Both the position numbers and the translations under genes were made by a program. A stretch of 64,000 nucleotides of DNA from an uncultured Verrucomicrobiae bacterium (GTDB lineage Bacteria > Verrucomicrobiota > Verrucomicrobiia > Chthoniobacterales > Terrimicrobiaceae), in NCBI GenBank assembly GCA_963706955.1, contig CAVPOC010000002.1:32001-96000 (forward strand), read 5' to 3'. This document shows, in pieces, positions 61,001 through 64,000 of the stretch. How positions within the stretch are numbered: the stretch's first letter is position 1; each line of letters begins with the position of its first letter. The notes below the pieces were generated by a model. That model was not told the DNA's origin, did not search any database, and saw nothing but the letters and a program-made list of their open reading frames with translations.

Positions 61001-61632
61001 ATCTTGGCTGTCACAGCGCCCTCCTCGTCAAAGCTCACCATGATATTGCTCGGTTTGATGTCCCGGTGAACGAGCGCTTGCCTGTGCACCGCGGCCAAAC
61101 CGGCGGCGACCTGCATCGCAATGTCCAGAGCCAACTTTACCTCAAGCCGGCCCGAGCGCTTGATGAGATTCTGCAGAGTTTCTCCCTCTACAAACTCCAT
61201 GGCGTAGAAGTAACCCTCAGCGCTTCTCCCCAAGTGGAAGACCGAGGCAACATTCGGGTGGCGCACGCTGGCCGCCGCGCGCGCTTCGCGTAAGAAACGA
61301 AGCTGCGCCGATTCGTCGCCGAGATACTTCTCGCTGATCACTTTCAATGTCACGGGGCATCGAAGGTCAATGTCGAACGCTTTGTAGGTTACGCCCATCG
61401 CGCCGTGACCTAGCTCGACAAGTCTCCCGTCTTCGCCGACTACTACCTCATAGTGCTGAAATCGTCGTGCCACGTCTTGCGATTTCGGCTTGGTCACCCG
61501 CTCAGAAGAAGACTCGCCGGACTCAACGTCATCAGCGAGTGCCCCGTGCAGCATGCACAACGGACAGAATTCCACTGCTCCGGAAAACTCATTACCGCAA
61601 CTCGGGCAGACCCGTCTGTCCTCTGTTCTCAT
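58045..61632 (-). CDS. Zn-ribbon + Ser/Thr kinase + STAND-like NTPase + TPR-like protein (copy 2)
   Basis: Same architecture and motifs as 6517-10086 (CPSC..CPLC, HRDIKPSN, AWAGVGKS, LLILDGLE); ATG at 61632 preceded by GAGG. Confidence 0.9.
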   Translation of the reverse strand: MRTEDRRVCPSCGNEFSGAVEFCPLCMLHGALADDVESGESSSERVTKPKSQDVARRFQHYEVVVGEDGRLVELGHGAMGVTYKAFDIDLRCPVTLKVISEKYLGDESAQLRFLREARAAASVRHPNVASVFHLGRSAEGYFYAMEFVEGETLQNLIKRSGRLEVKLALDIAMQVAAGLAAVHRQALVHRDIKPSNIMVSFDEEGAVTAKIIDLGLAKTADEADAQTTISGSGAFAGTPEFASPEQVIGGEVDIRSDLYSLGVSLWQMLTGQVPFRGSPVDVMSQHQHAPLPVEELESVPQPVVSLIEVLLDKDPKQRFQTPAELLKALPTITGAIDEGLTITYQSLGSRPDRDSYSVTRKPPARLGPEHISIARLPVTGSDIFGREDDIAFLDGCWANEDTNIVTIVAWAGVGKSTLVNHWLRGMAAQHYRSAQLVFGWSFYRQGSSGGTSSADEFLDAALAWFRDPDPRIGTAWEKGERLAKLISHRRTLLILDGLEPLQNPPGAQEGRLREPSLQALLKELAAFNSGLCVITTRLPIADVADHERTSAPRRDLEQLSSDAGAKLLRALGVKGGEAELRSASDEFAGHCLALTLLGSYLADAYNGDVRRRKEVSDHLSHDVRQGVHARKVMESYQTWFGEGPELSVLRMLGLFDRPADENVLGVLLKSPAIPGLTESLINLSPTERRAIVARLRRARLLAGEDPHHLGDLDTHPLVREYFGEQLRSQRPEAWKECNQRLFNYYRALAPQFPESFREMEPLFLAVICGCNADLYHEALHEVYLPRIQRGNASFAAKGLGARGALLSALAHFFEQGRWGSLAQASAKAQSLTAEDRLFVLMQAGLYLTLTRGLGAPEARICYEHAEPLCHSLNRPLLLYSGLTGQWVFSLVTEKLSATMQIAKRVYSLAQEQHDSALMIGGCRALAVTQYFLGDFEAARQYAMCGLKIWRSGDVHSPVEEFIAPAVHCLVFEALSDWHFGETARCHATMAEAISLAKELNDMHALALALLFWAVILGHLEGNPAEMARLASDLIELSTRQNFAFWLPAGEILRGWARSASGNTAEGISWIEGGIRDYRATGAMLRMPYFLALNAESLHFADRVSEALEAITEAEAWVERSEERWWCAELRRLRGVFLVAIGANDTQIEASFCEALRIARKQKSVSLEKRAEATYAEYRRQKASGLGGRGLRLPLC

Positions 61633-61637
61633 GGACC

Positions 61638-61721
61638 TCACCCGATTTCGAATACCAGGGTGTCGCAGGGAGCATCGATCTCTGCCGGACCTGATACCGT
61701 GCGGTCGACCTCCTCTCGCAA
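61638..61721 (-). pseudogene. C-terminal relic of the ECF sigma factor gene
   Basis: LREEVDRTVSGPAEIDAPCDTLV aligns with LREEVGRTVTDPSEIDGEIHALCEALV of the 10089-10859 sigma. Confidence 0.7.
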
Positions 61722-62206
61722 CTGCGGGGTGGGTTTCACGGAAGAATTGGATCTTTTGCCAACAATAGCGGCTGAAAGCGTCTTTAAAAACAAATTCCTG
61801 AAACTCAGCAAGCTTCCGTCTTGGTGAAAGTCGCCGACGATGTAGCCGTTGGTGCGAGAAATCGATAGGCCATCCAAGCCTTGGCGGTAACCTGCTTGGC
61901 TTGACCGCGTGCAGTACATTCGGTGTCACGATCAATCGCCCGATTCGCCGCAAGCAGTCCCACTGGCGAAACTCGCCCTTTAGCAGCCCGACAGCCGGGC
62001 GCTGGCGAAATCACGGGGTGGCCTTACGGCAGGCAGCCCGCTTCCATGGAACAGCGTATTTCTACGGGGTCGGCAACCTCACTCGTTCGCGGCAGGACGA
62101 GAGCTCGGCACGATCGCCAACGATTTTTCGAGAAACTTAGAAACTCCGCGCTCCCAATGCCTTTGTACCTAGATGAACCCGATAGACTCGGGTAATCGTA
62201 CTTCTG

Positions 62207-63127
62207 ATGACGACCATAGTGGGGATATTCGACAATGAACGAGACTTGGACAGATCCGTCGGGAGACTGGCTCACGCTGGATTCAAATACACTGTTTACG
62301 ATGAGGCCATCGTGTCCGAAGAGCCAGGCAGCTTCGGTTCGCTAATCTTTTGGTCGGGCTATGCTCCGGCGGTGTCCTGGGGCAGCACCGAGCCCGCTTT
62401 GCTAACCAAGCGCGGCACGCACCGTGTCGTCCAGGCCTTTAAAACCCATCTTGCACATTGTGAATTGCCGAACAAGGTCATCGAGGCCTATGCCACGACC
62501 TTCTCTGAAAATGGCCGGTTCGTCTTGGTTAAAACCGACACTGTGCAAGCCGAGCAAGTCATGGAGATCCTGCGGGAGTGCGGCGCCAGACAGGTGAATT
62601 GTCATGATAATTCAGCTTCCCAAGAGCACGGCCCAATCGACCTCTTCGACTTTCTACTCGAGAACACGCCGGACCAGATTTACTTTAAGGATCGACGCGG
62701 AAGGTTTCTTCGCGCGAGCCGAGCGGTCGCTGAACTGCTTGGCGCCTCGAGTGCGAAGAACCTCATCGGGAAAACCGACTTCGACTTTTGGTCGGTGGAG
62801 ACGGCAAGAGGAACTGCGGCAGACGAGCAGAGGATCATGAAGACGAGAGAAACACTCGTGGGAAAAATCGAAAGGCTTGTTCACCGTGATGGCAGAATCT
62901 CCTGGGACTACACGACCAAAATGCCGCTTCTGGATACCCGCGGGGAGGTCATCGGAATCTGCGGAATCAATAAAGACTTCACGGCGATGAAGTCCATGCA
63001 GGATGCCCTGGAAGAGGAACGCGATCGGCTCAAAGCCACGATTGCTGAGCTTGAGGCGAAAAACGCCCTACTCCAAGCCGACCTTCAATTGGCTCAAGGG
63101 ATTCAAGAGGCCGGCGTCACCCGGTAA
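62207..63127 (+). CDS. PAS-domain protein, probably truncated before a SpoIIE/PP2C output domain
   Basis: PDQIYFKDRRGRF, GKTDFDF, TTKMPL..GEVIGICGINKD; ends right after coiled coil ADLQLAQGIQ. Confidence 0.75.
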   Translation: MTTIVGIFDNERDLDRSVGRLAHAGFKYTVYDEAIVSEEPGSFGSLIFWSGYAPAVSWGSTEPALLTKRGTHRVVQAFKTHLAHCELPNKVIEAYATTFSENGRFVLVKTDTVQAEQVMEILRECGARQVNCHDNSASQEHGPIDLFDFLLENTPDQIYFKDRRGRFLRASRAVAELLGASSAKNLIGKTDFDFWSVETARGTAADEQRIMKTRETLVGKIERLVHRDGRISWDYTTKMPLLDTRGEVIGICGINKDFTAMKSMQDALEEERDRLKATIAELEAKNALLQADLQLAQGIQEAGVTR

Positions 63128-63182
63128 GAGTGTTCTTCGGTGCCCAAGAGGGACATCTCCGCGATAAGCCGCTCGAGCGTGA

Positions 63183-63744
63183 TCATGACAGGTTTTTACC
63201 CCCAAAGTCTTTCGGGTCTACGGCAAAGCGGGTCCAAACCCTGAGCGCCTCGCGGGCGCGGGCGCGCTGCTCTTCGCTCTCCGAGGCCACGCTGGGCGGG
63301 GGTTCAGTGCGGACGGCCGCATCCATGCCCAGCAGTTTGGCCTTGCGGTCGATCAGCTTGACGAGAGCCCCGCAGGCTTGAATGCGGGCCTGCCACTCTT
63401 CAATCGAGATAATGACCGATCCCTTTTTCCCGGCGATCTCGGTTTGGATCGTGATGTCGCATTGATGTGCGGAATGAGCCGTCAATCGCGTTGTCGAGGA
63501 GGGCGAGAGCCTGCTCGCGTTCGCGGGCGGCGAGGTCCGCGGTTCCGGTGCGCAAAAGAACGCGCTGTTCTGCGATGTAGTTGTGCACGCAGGTCTTCGA
63601 GATCCCGAATTCGGCCATGAGGGTTGAGTGAGTGGCGCCTTCGCAACGGCGCTTCCAGACGGCGGCGGCACGCTCGAGTCGCCTTTCGACCTGGCCGGGG
63701 ATGGACACGCCTCCTTTAGATGAACGGAGACTTTTCTTTGGCAT
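63183..63744 (-). pseudogene. Phage small-terminase-like HTH protein, frameshifted near 63440-63480
   Basis: HTH (EGATHSTLMAEFGISKTCVHNYI) in one frame, IDRKAKLLGMDAA in another. Confidence 0.5.
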
Positions 63745-64000
63745 GGTTCACGCGCATAGGGTTCCGGAGTTTCTTTGCCACGAGTGGCCCCTTTTTTGGC
63801 AACCGGAACTTACGACAAACCCCCGATGTGGCAATCACGGTTGGCAGGGCTGAGTATGCAAAGCGCGTAAACGATGCGAGTTGTGTTCGCCTCACCGGGT
63901 GTCCTCCGGCTGTCGATTCCGCGAAATCAGCGATCTCGCAAAGGAGGTGCGTCACGCGCGATGATTATCGATCGAGGCGTGCGTTCCACCGAACACCATC

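Larger units (their letters stand above)
55197..64000. mobile_element. Decayed genomic island adjoining tRNA-Thr (right end not in window)
   Basis: AT-rich junction with CTTGGACAC direct repeats; low coding density; several gene fragments; phage-like gene; no integrase in window. Confidence 0.55.

Noticed and set aside
61633..61953. 107-aa N-terminal extension of kinase copy 2 in the ORF track
   Set aside because: The paralog begins at the Zn ribbon; the extension overlaps the sigma relic in another frame, and ATG 61632 has its own SD-like GAGG
1..64000. CRISPR array, cas genes, rRNA, reverse transcriptase/DGR, intact transposase or integrase
   Set aside because: No regularly spaced 25-45 bp repeats and no corresponding protein motifs were seen by eye

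Overview
GC-rich bacterial chromosomal segment, most likely from Verrucomicrobiota (Spartobacteria/Chthoniobacterales-like). This taxonomy is inferred from gene content, the PGNL-type EF-P and the ECF-kinase pairing. Bases ~13-55 kb are mostly housekeeping: glgC, an AddA/RecB-like helicase-nuclease, bioD, proA, ald, efp, kdsD, can, parB, ppk1, lysA, purF-purM, argA, dnaA-dnaN and tRNA-Thr(UGU), with a probable oriC upstream of dnaA. Bases 1-13 kb are accessory. Downstream of the tRNA (55.2-64 kb) lies a decaying island of gene fragments. Most notable observations: (1) two paralogous cytoplasmic Zn-ribbon/Ser-Thr kinase/STAND-like NTPase/TPR proteins, one translationally coupled to an ECF sigma factor that appears to start at CTG, the other preceded by a relic of the same sigma gene; (2) intergenic cassettes bounded by inverted arrays of 9-mer or 7-mer tandem repeats, one still holding a GxxExxY-like gene relic with a nested GTAG-type REP; (3) an Asn-tipped EF-P co-oriented with a MidA-type methyltransferase; (4) a CP-ATP-grasp/alpha-E pair with a Gln-rich tail and an unannotated 29-aa membrane peptide upstream. 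Four +1 frameshifts at 48.9-51.3 kb look like sequencing errors. No CRISPR array, rRNA, intact integrase or transposase was seen. All family assignments come from motif recognition by eye; no database searches were run.
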